Shown piece after piece: positions 46,811 through 55,278 of a DNA stretch of 64,000 nucleotides. The stretch covers positions 5,349 to 69,348 of the forward strand of contig CBFHVI010000005.1 of the NCBI GenBank assembly GCA_965658995.1. The letters run 5' to 3'. This stretch comes from Flavobacteriales bacterium (GTDB lineage: Bacteria > Bacteroidota > Bacteroidia > Flavobacteriales_D > CAJJDF01). The notes below the pieces were generated by a model, which was not told the origin of the DNA, did no database searches, and saw nothing but the letters and a program-made list of their open reading frames with translations. Position 1 is the first letter of the stretch, and the number at the start of each line of letters is the position of its first letter. The position numbers and the translations under genes are program-made.

Positions 46811-48430
46811 ATGAAAAAAACTTCTGCCATCGTGCTAGGCTTGATCTTTGGGTTTGCTTGCGCTCCCAAAAAACAAGTAGTTGCTCCATCAGCTCCCACT
46901 GCGAGTGAAACACAGCAACGGAAGTTTATGAGTTTGTATATCAAAGCAACCAACGAGGCTCAAATAGAGAATGATGACAAGGCCATCGAAATGTATGAGC
47001 AATGCAAAGCGTTGAATCCAGAAGAAGCCTCGGTATATTACGAATTGAGTCGCTTGTACGCGAAAAAACGAAACGCTCAACTTGCTTTTGAAAACGCATT
47101 AAAAGCAAATGAATTAGAACCTACAAACAAATGGTATTTGCTGCATAAAGCGCAAGTTTTTAATCGCACAGGGCAGCAAGAAAAAGCTATTGAAGCTTTT
47201 GAGGAACTCGTGACTATTGAATCTAATAATTTGGATGCGTTGTATGAATTGGCAGAACTATACCAACGAACCAATAAACCCTTGGATGCAGCAAGAACAA
47301 TAGGAAAAGTAGAGACAATTACAGGCAGAAACCCACAAATGAGTTATCAAAAGTATTTGTTGTTGATGGATGGTGGCAAAGAAGAGGAAGCACTTCAGGA
47401 AATAAGTGAACTGTTGAAACTTCAGCCAGAGAACGGCATGGGAAATTTGGCAATGGCTCAGCATTTCTCCAAAATAGGAGAAAAGGAGAAGGTTTATCCA
47501 AGATTGATTTGGGTTTTTGAAGATCCTCAAATAAGAACTGACACGAAACTTTCCATTCTACAAGATTATTCCACAAGAGTACGGGAAGAAGAATTGGCCA
47601 AAGTCGAGGCAAAAAACTTGGTAAACTTGTTACTCAAAACTCATCCTTCGGATGTGAAATCTTACGCTGCAGCAGGTGATTTATACACCAATCTGGGAGA
47701 ATTGAAAAAAGCCAATTCATATTACGAAAAAGGCCTTACCTATGCCACACAATCTTATCCCTTGTTCATGCAACTGCTTACCAATTCTTTCAATAGTAAA
47801 GACTTCGAAGCGGTCACAACTTATGCGAGTCAAGCGCTAGAGTCTTACCCAACTCAACCTGTGCTGTATTTATACCAAGGAATGGGATACAAAGAACTGA
47901 AACAATATGAAAAAGCTGTTTCGGCATTCAAATCGGGACAGGCAATCGTGGTAGATGACGAGAAAATTGAATTTGAATTTTGGTCCAAGTTGGGCGAAAC
48001 TTATAACGAACTGAAACTGTTTTCTCTGTCGGATGAAGCATTTGACAATGCAATGAATATAAATGGTTTAGATGCCTATCTTCTTAATAACTACAGTTAC
48101 TATTTATCTTTGAGAAAACAACACTTGGAGAAAGCCGCTTCGATGGCAAAAACTGCCAACGACCTGTTTCCGACCAATGCCTCATTTAATGATACCTATG
48201 GATGGATATTGTGTCAACAAGGTAATTACAAAGAGGCGGAGCAATGGATAAAAAAAGCTTTGAGTAACGGAGGGGATTCATCAGGCACGGTGCTGGAACA
48301 TTACGGAGATGTTCAGTTTCGATTGAATAATCGCGAGGTGGCCATGGAGTATTGGAAGAAAGCCAAAGATACCGGTGAGTATTCAGATAAATTGGAAGAA
48401 AAAATAAACGAGGGTAAGAATGAAAAATAA
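46811..48430 (+). CDS. TPR-repeat lipoprotein
   Basis: 539 aa. Lipobox FGFAC. Multiple TPR-like A..Y..A repeats. Confidence 0.7.
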   Translation: MKKTSAIVLGLIFGFACAPKKQVVAPSAPTASETQQRKFMSLYIKATNEAQIENDDKAIEMYEQCKALNPEEASVYYELSRLYAKKRNAQLAFENALKANELEPTNKWYLLHKAQVFNRTGQQEKAIEAFEELVTIESNNLDALYELAELYQRTNKPLDAARTIGKVETITGRNPQMSYQKYLLLMDGGKEEEALQEISELLKLQPENGMGNLAMAQHFSKIGEKEKVYPRLIWVFEDPQIRTDTKLSILQDYSTRVREEELAKVEAKNLVNLLLKTHPSDVKSYAAAGDLYTNLGELKKANSYYEKGLTYATQSYPLFMQLLTNSFNSKDFEAVTTYASQALESYPTQPVLYLYQGMGYKELKQYEKAVSAFKSGQAIVVDDEKIEFEFWSKLGETYNELKLFSLSDEAFDNAMNINGLDAYLLNNYSYYLSLRKQHLEKAASMAKTANDLFPTNASFNDTYGWILCQQGNYKEAEQWIKKALSNGGDSSGTVLEHYGDVQFRLNNREVAMEYWKKAKDTGEYSDKLEEKINEGKNEK

Positions 48431-49244
48431 GATATTACTTAAATTATTGATGGTTGTTTTTTCTTTATTGCTATGGCAATGTAGAGCAAAAAAACCATTG
48501 ATTACAGACAGTACCAGTCAAGAATTACTATCGAAACAAAAAGCTGACACAATTGTGAAACAAGTATTGGAAAACAATTTTGAGTTCACTGATTTGAAAG
48601 CAAAAATAAAAACGAAATTTAAAAGTAGAGAAAAACAAAACATTGCCTTCGGAACGTTTGTTAAAATCGTGAAAGATTCGTCCATTCACGCAACTATATC
48701 AATTGCAACAATTCCTGTGGTTGTGGCGCTTATTACGCCAGACACTCTGAAGTTTATCAATAAAAAAGAACAAAAATATTTTGTTGGCGGAATTGATTAT
48801 GTGAAATCACTACTCAAAACCGATATTAGTTTTTATGAAATTCAAGATCTTTTGGTGGGAAATCCGGTAAAATTAAAACCAACTGACTCCCATTATTTGA
48901 TTGAAGAAGAAAATGAGGTTTTTTTGAGTAGTAAGAGCAAAAATGCCTTGCTGGCTCTTAAAAAGAGTAACCTGCCTAGCTCAGAGTGGTTGGTAAAGTA
49001 TTGGGTAAATGAACTGTACAAAACGGGAAGAACCGTGGTAGAAAATGACTCGGAAAAGACGGTGATAGAAATAATTCAAGCCGATTATAATAAGGTGGAC
49101 GGGCAGTTCTTTCCCAACAGAACACAGGCTGAGATAGTAACTCCAAAAGATTCCATTACTATTCAATTAAATTATCAACGGGTAAAAATTAATACGGGTG
49201 TAGTCTTTGAATTTTCTATTCCTGATCATTATTCATCTTACTAA
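48420..49244 (+). CDS. DUF4292-like (LolB-like) lipoprotein
   Basis: 274 aa. Signal with Cys (LLWQC). It holds the conserved position between the TPR and M23 genes and overlaps the TPR gene by 11 nt. Confidence 0.5.
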   Translation: MKNKILLKLLMVVFSLLLWQCRAKKPLITDSTSQELLSKQKADTIVKQVLENNFEFTDLKAKIKTKFKSREKQNIAFGTFVKIVKDSSIHATISIATIPVVVALITPDTLKFINKKEQKYFVGGIDYVKSLLKTDISFYEIQDLLVGNPVKLKPTDSHYLIEEENEVFLSSKSKNALLALKKSNLPSSEWLVKYWVNELYKTGRTVVENDSEKTVIEIIQADYNKVDGQFFPNRTQAEIVTPKDSITIQLNYQRVKINTGVVFEFSIPDHYSSY

Positions 49245-49247
49245 GCT

Positions 49248-50468
49248 ATGAGAAAGAAGTATTCCATACAACCTTTATTATTCCTGCTGGCGTTATTAGT
49301 AGTAGGCAATAACTCATTTTCACAAAAATCGAAAACAGAGCAGTTAAAGGCCAAAGAGGAAGTACTAAAAAAACAATTGGCGCAAACGCAAGAATTATTA
49401 AATGCGACCAGAAATTCTCAACAAACAACATTAAGTGAATTACGCATAATCAATAAGCAAATAGCTTTCAAAGAGGAGCTATTGATGAATATGAATAGCC
49501 AGATAAGAGAAACAGAAAGACAAATTAATCAAAACAAAAAAGAGATTGATGAACTAGAGGCTGACCTCGACAGACTGAAGAAAGAGTTTGTGGAGATGGT
49601 AAGATATGCTTACAAGAACCGAAAGAAGGAGTACAATGCGATGTATCTGTTTTCTTCCGACAGTTATTCGCAAGCTTATCGCAGAATGAAATACATAGAA
49701 CAGTACACGGCCAACAGAACAAGAAAAGCAAAGGAAATCGTGAAGATACAGGAGGAATTGAATGAGCAGAATCTTGTGCTGGTGAAAAATGTGGCTTCTA
49801 AAAAGGAACTTGTTGCGAACTTTGACAAAGAAAAACAACAATTTCTTGAGGTAAAACAACAACAACAAGAAGTACTAAATAAGATCAAAGAAGACAAGGA
49901 GTCTCTCCAAAAGAAGCTGGAACAACAAAAAGTCGAACAGGAGAGAATTGCTGCCGCAATAAGAGCCGAAATTGAAAAAGAATTGGCAAAATCAAGAAAA
50001 AACAACACTTTTCAATTAAGCCCAGAGGCGAAACTTGCTTCTACCAGCTTTGAAAAAAATAGAGGAAGCTTGCCTTGGCCAGTAACTAGAGGAACGATTA
50101 CAAAACGATTTGGTAAGCAGAGACATAGCCAGGTTGCAACCGCCTATGTTCAAAACAATGGAATCGATATTAGTACGCTCAAAGGAGCCAATGTAAGAGT
50201 TGTATTTGATGGAACTGTAACGAGTATTTTTACTATTCCGGGTAGTGGACAAACGGTGATTGTGAGCCATGGAGCATACCGTACGGTTTATTCTAATCTC
50301 AAAACAGTAGAGGTTGTAATCAATCAAAAGCTGAAAACGAAACAAACAATTGGAACTCTTTTACCGGACAACTCCGGAAGTATTTCTGATTCCCATTTCG
50401 AAATTTGGAAAATATCTAGCTCGGGGATGAACCCCCAGAATCCAGCAATTTGGTTGTATCGAAACTAA
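49248..50468 (+). CDS. EnvC-like murein hydrolase activator (coiled-coil plus degenerate M23/LytM domain)
   Basis: 406 aa. Long Q/E/K coiled coil, then NNGIDI...VSHGAYRTVYSNL...SHFEIW. The first metal-binding His of the HxxxD motif is replaced. Confidence 0.75.
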   Translation: MRKKYSIQPLLFLLALLVVGNNSFSQKSKTEQLKAKEEVLKKQLAQTQELLNATRNSQQTTLSELRIINKQIAFKEELLMNMNSQIRETERQINQNKKEIDELEADLDRLKKEFVEMVRYAYKNRKKEYNAMYLFSSDSYSQAYRRMKYIEQYTANRTRKAKEIVKIQEELNEQNLVLVKNVASKKELVANFDKEKQQFLEVKQQQQEVLNKIKEDKESLQKKLEQQKVEQERIAAAIRAEIEKELAKSRKNNTFQLSPEAKLASTSFEKNRGSLPWPVTRGTITKRFGKQRHSQVATAYVQNNGIDISTLKGANVRVVFDGTVTSIFTIPGSGQTVIVSHGAYRTVYSNLKTVEVVINQKLKTKQTIGTLLPDNSGSISDSHFEIWKISSSGMNPQNPAIWLYRN

Positions 50469-50475
50469 TACCGGG

Positions 50476-50622
50476 CTACTCAGAAATGAAGTAAGCCAAC
50501 ACTACCAATATCAGTGAAAAGAAAAAATACTTGGGGTCTTTGTAAAGCGGTTTTTTAGGCCTCTTTGTGTATTTTTCATAGTGATGAAAAAGTTTGCCAA
50601 AGTCCTTCTGGTTTTCCATCAT
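50476..50622 (-). CDS. 48-aa single-TM ORF downstream of the sigma-factor remnant (possible anti-sigma remnant)
   Basis: Hand-translated: MMENQKDFGKLFHHYEKYTKRPKKPLYKDPKYFFFSLILVVLAYFISE*. It is below the ORF-track length cutoff. Evidence is position and a hydrophobic C-terminus only. Confidence 0.35.
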   Translation of the reverse strand: MMENQKDFGKLFHHYEKYTKRPKKPLYKDPKYFFFSLILVVLAYFISE

Positions 50623-50672
50623 TTGATTGGAATGTAAAGGCAGTTTTTTGTCTTTATTTAATTAGTACTTTT

Positions 50673-51226
50673 TCATTTTTTCTTCGCTTCTCCTAAAGAC
50701 CTTTTTAAGGTCTCAATGATTCTATACACCTTCATTTTTGCATTCGCTTCGCTTAATGCAAATATACTCGCAATTTGTTTTAACGACCTTCCCTCAAAGT
50801 ACCTAAGTTCTATCAATTGGCTTTTTTCTAAAGAAAGTTTTTCCAATTCGGTAAGAACAAGCTGCAATTGTGATTCCTTATCGTCTGTTCCAAGCTCTCT
50901 TACAAGCTTCTGAGAGAATTTTCGTTTACTTCCACAATGAGTTGTTTCTTTGTTTTTCTGAAGTGCTGATTAACCTCGTTGCTCGCAATGCGATACAACC
51001 AAGATGAAAACGTAAATCCGTAATCCTCATAAGTATTCAGCTTAGTCATTGCCTTAAGAAAAGTTCGAGAACAAATATCACCTGCGGTGTCTTCTTCCTG
51101 AATCTTTTTATATATGAAAAGATAAATCTGTTCAGAAAATTTTTCGTGTAAAAAACCAAAAAACTTCTTGTTTTCTTTGGCTTTTTCAATGTAGCTTAGT
51201 TCGATATGTCGTTCCTTTTCAGTCAA
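50673..51226 (-). pseudogene. ECF-type sigma-70 family factor interrupted by a frameshift
   Basis: ORF 50900-51226 carries region 2 (FSSWLYRIASNEVNQHFRK). ORF 50673-50867 carries region 4 (LSLEKSQLIELRYFEGRSLKQIA...AKMKVYR). The second frame stays open upstream to 50970, giving ..KLVRELGTDDKESQLQLVLTEL. The two frames overlap at 50900-50972. Confidence 0.7.
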
Positions 51227-51289
51227 AAAATAGCTTTTTTCTTTTCTGTATAATGCAAGAGTGAAAAAAAGTAACTCTCGACCATGAAA

Positions 51290-51595
51290 TTATTTTTCGA
51301 TGAATACAAAGATAAAAGTCTCTTTTCCTTGAACCACCTTTACTCGAGCACAATGCGAAATATGTTGAACTTCAAAAGGTAAATTCTCGTCAAATTGGTT
51401 GCCGTTTGCCGGAGATACGAACTCTCTGTCACAATCCAATATGCCTCGTGGAGAGTATCGTTTTATTCTGAAACAACTTGTTTTTTTTTCGATAGAAAAC
51501 CATGCCCCACCCCCTTCACCAGAGAGCCATTGGGCATTTTCTGGAACTTCCCCCACTTTTATGGGAGCAACTAATCTGCCTGTCATGTCTATCAT
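51290..51595 (-). CDS. hypothetical protein, partner of the 222-aa ORF
   Basis: 101 aa. ATGA start/stop overlap with the upstream ORF. No family recognised. Confidence 0.5.
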   Translation of the reverse strand: MIDMTGRLVAPIKVGEVPENAQWLSGEGGGAWFSIEKKTSCFRIKRYSPRGILDCDREFVSPANGNQFDENLPFEVQHISHCARVKVVQGKETFIFVFIEK

Positions 51596-52260
51596 CCTTT
51601 TTTTATTAATGGGTACAACATGTTGAGTCGTTTGGTAAAGACTCCTTCTTTCAATTCATAATAAAACCGTTTATCATTGATTAATTTCACATTGGTAATC
51701 GTTGTATGAGTGATCGTGTACGGAATTCTAATTAGAAGATTTTTGAGCCATCCCAAGTTGCTTGCTTTGGCAGTTTGAGCTACGAATCGGGAGCAATTGG
51801 TACCGTCTAAATTAAATGGTCCGTAGATGATAGCCTCTTTATTTTGCATGGCTTTTGCCTTGGCAAAGGCGCGTTCTATATTCGGCACAAACTTGGTGGC
51901 AGTAATTAATCTGCCTTCACCATGGGTTGCTTCAAGTTGGGCAAGTTCCGTCATTAATTCCTCTATATTGACAATTCGATTATTTTTTATTAAGGGTTTG
52001 GTTTTCAGGGTCAAATCTGGGTCTGTATGGAGGTCTCTTACCCTCCCATGTTTTTTGGGTGTTTGATATCTACCAAAATCAAAATAACGAAACTCGTTTT
52101 CTTCATGATTAACCAAAACTAAAGCAGCATGTCCCGCTTTGTAAAATCCGTTTTGAAGAAAACCCAAATGGGCCATAACGCCATCGTACCATTTCCCTTC
52201 CTTTATTACGGGAGTATTTGGCCAAGCGAGAGGAATAATGGTTCCTTGTGTAGTTTTCAT
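51592..52260 (-). CDS. hypothetical protein with permuted papain-like (LRAT/NlpC-P60-type) His...Cys motif
   Basis: Start taken at MKTTQGT (52260), 20 nt after the flippase stop. YKAGHAALVLV ... GTNCSRFVAQ recalls the H...NCEHFV layout of the LRAT-like NC domain. This is inference only. Confidence 0.5.
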   Translation of the reverse strand: MKTTQGTIIPLAWPNTPVIKEGKWYDGVMAHLGFLQNGFYKAGHAALVLVNHEENEFRYFDFGRYQTPKKHGRVRDLHTDPDLTLKTKPLIKNNRIVNIEELMTELAQLEATHGEGRLITATKFVPNIERAFAKAKAMQNKEAIIYGPFNLDGTNCSRFVAQTAKASNLGWLKNLLIRIPYTITHTTITNVKLINDKRFYYELKEGVFTKRLNMLYPLIKKG

Positions 52261-52280
52261 GTTTAAATATAAGAGTTCTG

Positions 52281-53729
52281 CTATACTTTGTAAAAAAGCT
52301 TTCTCACGTTTTTCAATTCTATGAGTTTCAATCCAAACAATAAAAGTCCCCCAATGGAGAAATGCACCAACATCAACCAATACCAATTAATAGTGTTGAG
52401 TGAGGTATGAGTAAATGCGAAACCTACTCCAATAAGAACAACCGTGAAAGTTACTCCTCGAATAAGAAGTGGCTTATGAACTCTAAGAGAAAAATAGGAT
52501 TGGCATAACCATATTTGAGCAAGAGACGTAAGTGCTTGAGTAACCAAACTGGCAATGGCAGCACCTAGTGCTTGATACAAGGGAATGAGCACAAAATTAA
52601 GAGTGATATTGAGCACAACTCCAGCAAAGGCTATTCTATTAAGTGTTTTTAAATTTCCATTGGCAGTGAGTAAGGTTCCAAAAATATACGTAGAGGAGAT
52701 ACATACGAAGCAGAGCATAAGAATGGCAAAAACCTGACCAGACCGGAACGTGCTATTGAGGTACCTGGCTCCAATTAATTCTTGGCTAAAAAAGAAACAA
52801 GTGATAGCAATTAGGATGGAGCCTGGGATGAGAATACTACTAGCTGTTTTTACTAAGCTAGCCACAGATTTTTGGTTCTTTAACAAATTTGAAAACAAAG
52901 GGAGCAGGAGGGAAGCAAATAGAAAAGCGATGTTATTGGCCGCTTCAAAGAATCTAAATCCATTGGCATAAATTCCAGCCTGTGTTTTTCCATCTTCCAA
53001 CATTCTTTCGAGCATTACGCTATCCGCTCGGTAGTAAAAAGTCATAAGCAAAATAAGTAATGCGTATGGCGCGCTTTGTCTTATTATGGCGAGTGAGAAA
53101 ATTTTGTCCCAATTTATTCGAGATAATTTTTGATGCGATACCAAAAAAATAAAAGCTGTAATTCCTGAAATTAAATAAGCGAAAGTTTGTGCATAAACAA
53201 ACCAAAAAAGCTGAAATGGCTCCTCGGTAAATCCGCCCCATAAAAGTATGGAGCATAGAATGATCAGTAAGAACTTATCAAGCACGGACACAATGCTGTC
53301 GTATTTAAACAGCAATAGTCCCGCTAAATTGGAACGAAAATACAAGGTAAATGAAGCCAAAATTTGGTTCAAAACTAACCAAAGAAGTAAATAAATTTCG
53401 GCTTGGTTGTATCCAATAATAGTTCCCAGAATGAGAACAAAAGTTGCGTAAATAACTGCAAGAAGAATTCTCAAAGAAGCAATTTTCGAAAAGTATTTTT
53501 CAATCAAAAAAGGCTGCTGGGAGATGGTGCGGGTGTTATAATTGATAATTCCCACATCTAATAAAATATTAAATAGAAAAGTAAATCCGAGCAATGAAAA
53601 ATACAGGCCATATTCTTCAGCTCCCACCCTGTTTTGAATTTCTGCATCAATCCCAAGAATGTAAAATGGCTTCACCAAGAAATTAAGGAGAAGGACAAAA
53701 ACCAGGTTTGTAGCGAATTTTCTATTCAT
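52281..53729 (-). CDS. Wzx-like polysaccharide flippase (MOP superfamily)
   Basis: 482 aa with about 12-14 TM. N-terminal NLVFVLLLNFLVKPFYILGIDAEIQNRVG pattern of oligosaccharide flippases. Confidence 0.7.
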   Translation of the reverse strand: MNRKFATNLVFVLLLNFLVKPFYILGIDAEIQNRVGAEEYGLYFSLLGFTFLFNILLDVGIINYNTRTISQQPFLIEKYFSKIASLRILLAVIYATFVLILGTIIGYNQAEIYLLLWLVLNQILASFTLYFRSNLAGLLLFKYDSIVSVLDKFLLIILCSILLWGGFTEEPFQLFWFVYAQTFAYLISGITAFIFLVSHQKLSRINWDKIFSLAIIRQSAPYALLILLMTFYYRADSVMLERMLEDGKTQAGIYANGFRFFEAANNIAFLFASLLLPLFSNLLKNQKSVASLVKTASSILIPGSILIAITCFFFSQELIGARYLNSTFRSGQVFAILMLCFVCISSTYIFGTLLTANGNLKTLNRIAFAGVVLNITLNFVLIPLYQALGAAIASLVTQALTSLAQIWLCQSYFSLRVHKPLLIRGVTFTVVLIGVGFAFTHTSLNTINWYWLMLVHFSIGGLLLFGLKLIELKNVRKLFYKV

Positions 53730-53939
53730 GCGATGTAAATATAAGGAGAACCTTCAAATTAAACCATCTCAATGTTGGTAATCCTCGAACAGTAGTATTG
53801 AAGTAGCAAAGAAGCGAATCGACTTGGTTGATAGTGCACAAGAGGTTTAACTAATTGTTAATTTACGGAATCAAGCCTCGTACAATTAGAAAATTTCAAA
53901 ACATTTGTGTATCATTGTTCTGAACTAAAATTATTTAAC

Positions 53940-54203
53940 ATGAAAACATTAAAATTAGCCTTAATTGGTTTTGCAACTCTTTCTTTGGGATCTTGCACTG
54001 TATACCACACGGCTGTTGTTACAAATAACCCAGTGGGGTCTAAAACTGGGGTAGCTAAAGCTAAAGTAGGACAAGTAGACGCAGACTTTACATTCCAATC
54101 TGCCATGAAAAATGGAAAGATTACGAAAGCAGGAATAGCGGAAACAAAAGTCACAGGATTTTTCGTTTTTTACACAGGAACTACTAAAGTTACTGGAGAA
54201 TAA
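53940..54203 (+). CDS. TRL-like small lipoprotein, copy 1
   Basis: Start taken at MKTLKLALIGFATLSLGSC (lipobox). Ends ...TKVTGE. Central SAMKNGKITKAGIAE motif. Confidence 0.65.
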   Translation: MKTLKLALIGFATLSLGSCTVYHTAVVTNNPVGSKTGVAKAKVGQVDADFTFQSAMKNGKITKAGIAETKVTGFFVFYTGTTKVTGE

Positions 54204-54229
54204 CAACCCATCAAAAAAAACAAATTACA

Positions 54230-54526
54230 ATGAAAAAATTATTAGGAGGAATTTTCGCTGTCGCTTTGGTGTCTTCTTGTTCTTTAACAAGACCCTACGC
54301 AGTTACAAACAATTATATAGGAAACAAACAAGGAGTTTCTAAAACTACAATACTATTCGGTCAATCTTCTGGAGTTCAACTATCAACTGGGATAGTTTCC
54401 AACAAAAATTTTGGTGTGATTGAGGCAGCAAAAAATGGAGGAGTTGAGAAGATTGGTTCTGTAGACGTAAAAACTACGAACTATGTAGTTTTTCAAAAAG
54501 TAGAAGTAATAGTAACCGGAGAATAA
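54230..54526 (+). CDS. TRL-like small lipoprotein, copy 2
   Basis: 98 aa. Lipobox LVSSC. EAAKNGGVEKIGSVD motif. Ends VIVTGE. Confidence 0.65.
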   Translation: MKKLLGGIFAVALVSSCSLTRPYAVTNNYIGNKQGVSKTTILFGQSSGVQLSTGIVSNKNFGVIEAAKNGGVEKIGSVDVKTTNYVVFQKVEVIVTGE

Positions 54527-54538
54527 AAATTAATCGAT

Positions 54539-54823
54539 ATGAAAAAAATAATCACAAATACATTAGTAGCATTGTCATTGTTAGCTTTGACTTCATGCAG
54601 TATTTCAGGACCCTTATTTATTACAGATAATGCAGGAGGAACAAATTCCAAAACTGGAGAGTCTTCTTATACCATTATTTTTGGCTTTATGCCGTTTAAT
54701 GCAGATGCTTCGATAGTAACTGCGGCAAGAAATGGAGACATTACAAAAGTAGCTACGGTAGATCAAAAGATTTACGGAAACTTTTTTACCACTACCGTGA
54801 CAACAGTTGTAACGGGTGAATAA
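54539..54823 (+). CDS. TRL-like small lipoprotein, copy 3
   Basis: 94 aa. Lipobox ALTSC. ADASIVTAARNGDITKVATVD motif. Ends TVVTGE. Confidence 0.65.
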   Translation: MKKIITNTLVALSLLALTSCSISGPLFITDNAGGTNSKTGESSYTIIFGFMPFNADASIVTAARNGDITKVATVDQKIYGNFFTTTVTTVVTGE

Positions 54824-54844
54824 GTTCTACTTGAATAAAGTTAG

Positions 54845-54876
54845 AAAAGCTACGATGAATTGTCGTAGCTTTTTTA
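54845..54876 (+). terminator. rho-independent terminator after the TRL-like triplet
   Basis: AGCTACGA-TGAATTG-TCGTAGCT stem (54848-54855 / 54863-54870) followed by TTTTTATT. Confidence 0.65.
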
Positions 54877-55271
54877 TTGCAGGATTTTTCTTGGGAGTTT
54901 CCTTCGTTGGTTTCACTCAAGAAACAACCTTGTATCATTTTCAAAGAAAAGCGACTTTGAATCAGGTCATTTTACCTGGTGAAAAATTTAATTCATCCAA
55001 CTATATAATTTCTTTTCCAGACTCAATGTATACCGCGGGTCAGGTTACAATTAAGAAAGTAAGAATCAAGGAATGGAAACTCCAAGCAAATTTTGTGTTT
55101 TCTGACAATACCTACATAACACTTACTTATGTGGTAAAGAAAAGTAATCGAGACGAATTCATTCAATCGATAGAAAAAGCATCTTCAAGTTTCGAATGGA
55201 AAGAGAAAAAGAAAGGAAGAAAATATGTAATTACGCTCACTCCTTTACGCTCTGGTACAATTGAACAATAG
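54855..55271 (+). CDS. hypothetical secreted protein
   Basis: ORF with a signal-like N-terminus (MNCRSFFIAGFFLGVSFVGFTQE). Its ATG lies inside the terminator hairpin. The track start at 54816 would overlap TRL copy 3. Confidence 0.4.
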   Translation: MNCRSFFIAGFFLGVSFVGFTQETTLYHFQRKATLNQVILPGEKFNSSNYIISFPDSMYTAGQVTIKKVRIKEWKLQANFVFSDNTYITLTYVVKKSNRDEFIQSIEKASSSFEWKEKKKGRKYVITLTPLRSGTIEQ

Positions 55272-55278
55272 CACTCGG

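Noticed and set aside
49525-50345. Several 68-110-aa minus-strand ORFs inside the EnvC-like gene
   Set aside because: They are antisense to the A/G-rich coiled-coil coding region, and the low-complexity sequence keeps frames open by chance.
50900-50915. Programmed ribosomal frameshift in the sigma-factor gene
   Set aside because: There is no X-XXY-YYZ slippery heptamer or stimulatory structure at the frame junction. A simple indel or sequencing error is more parsimonious.
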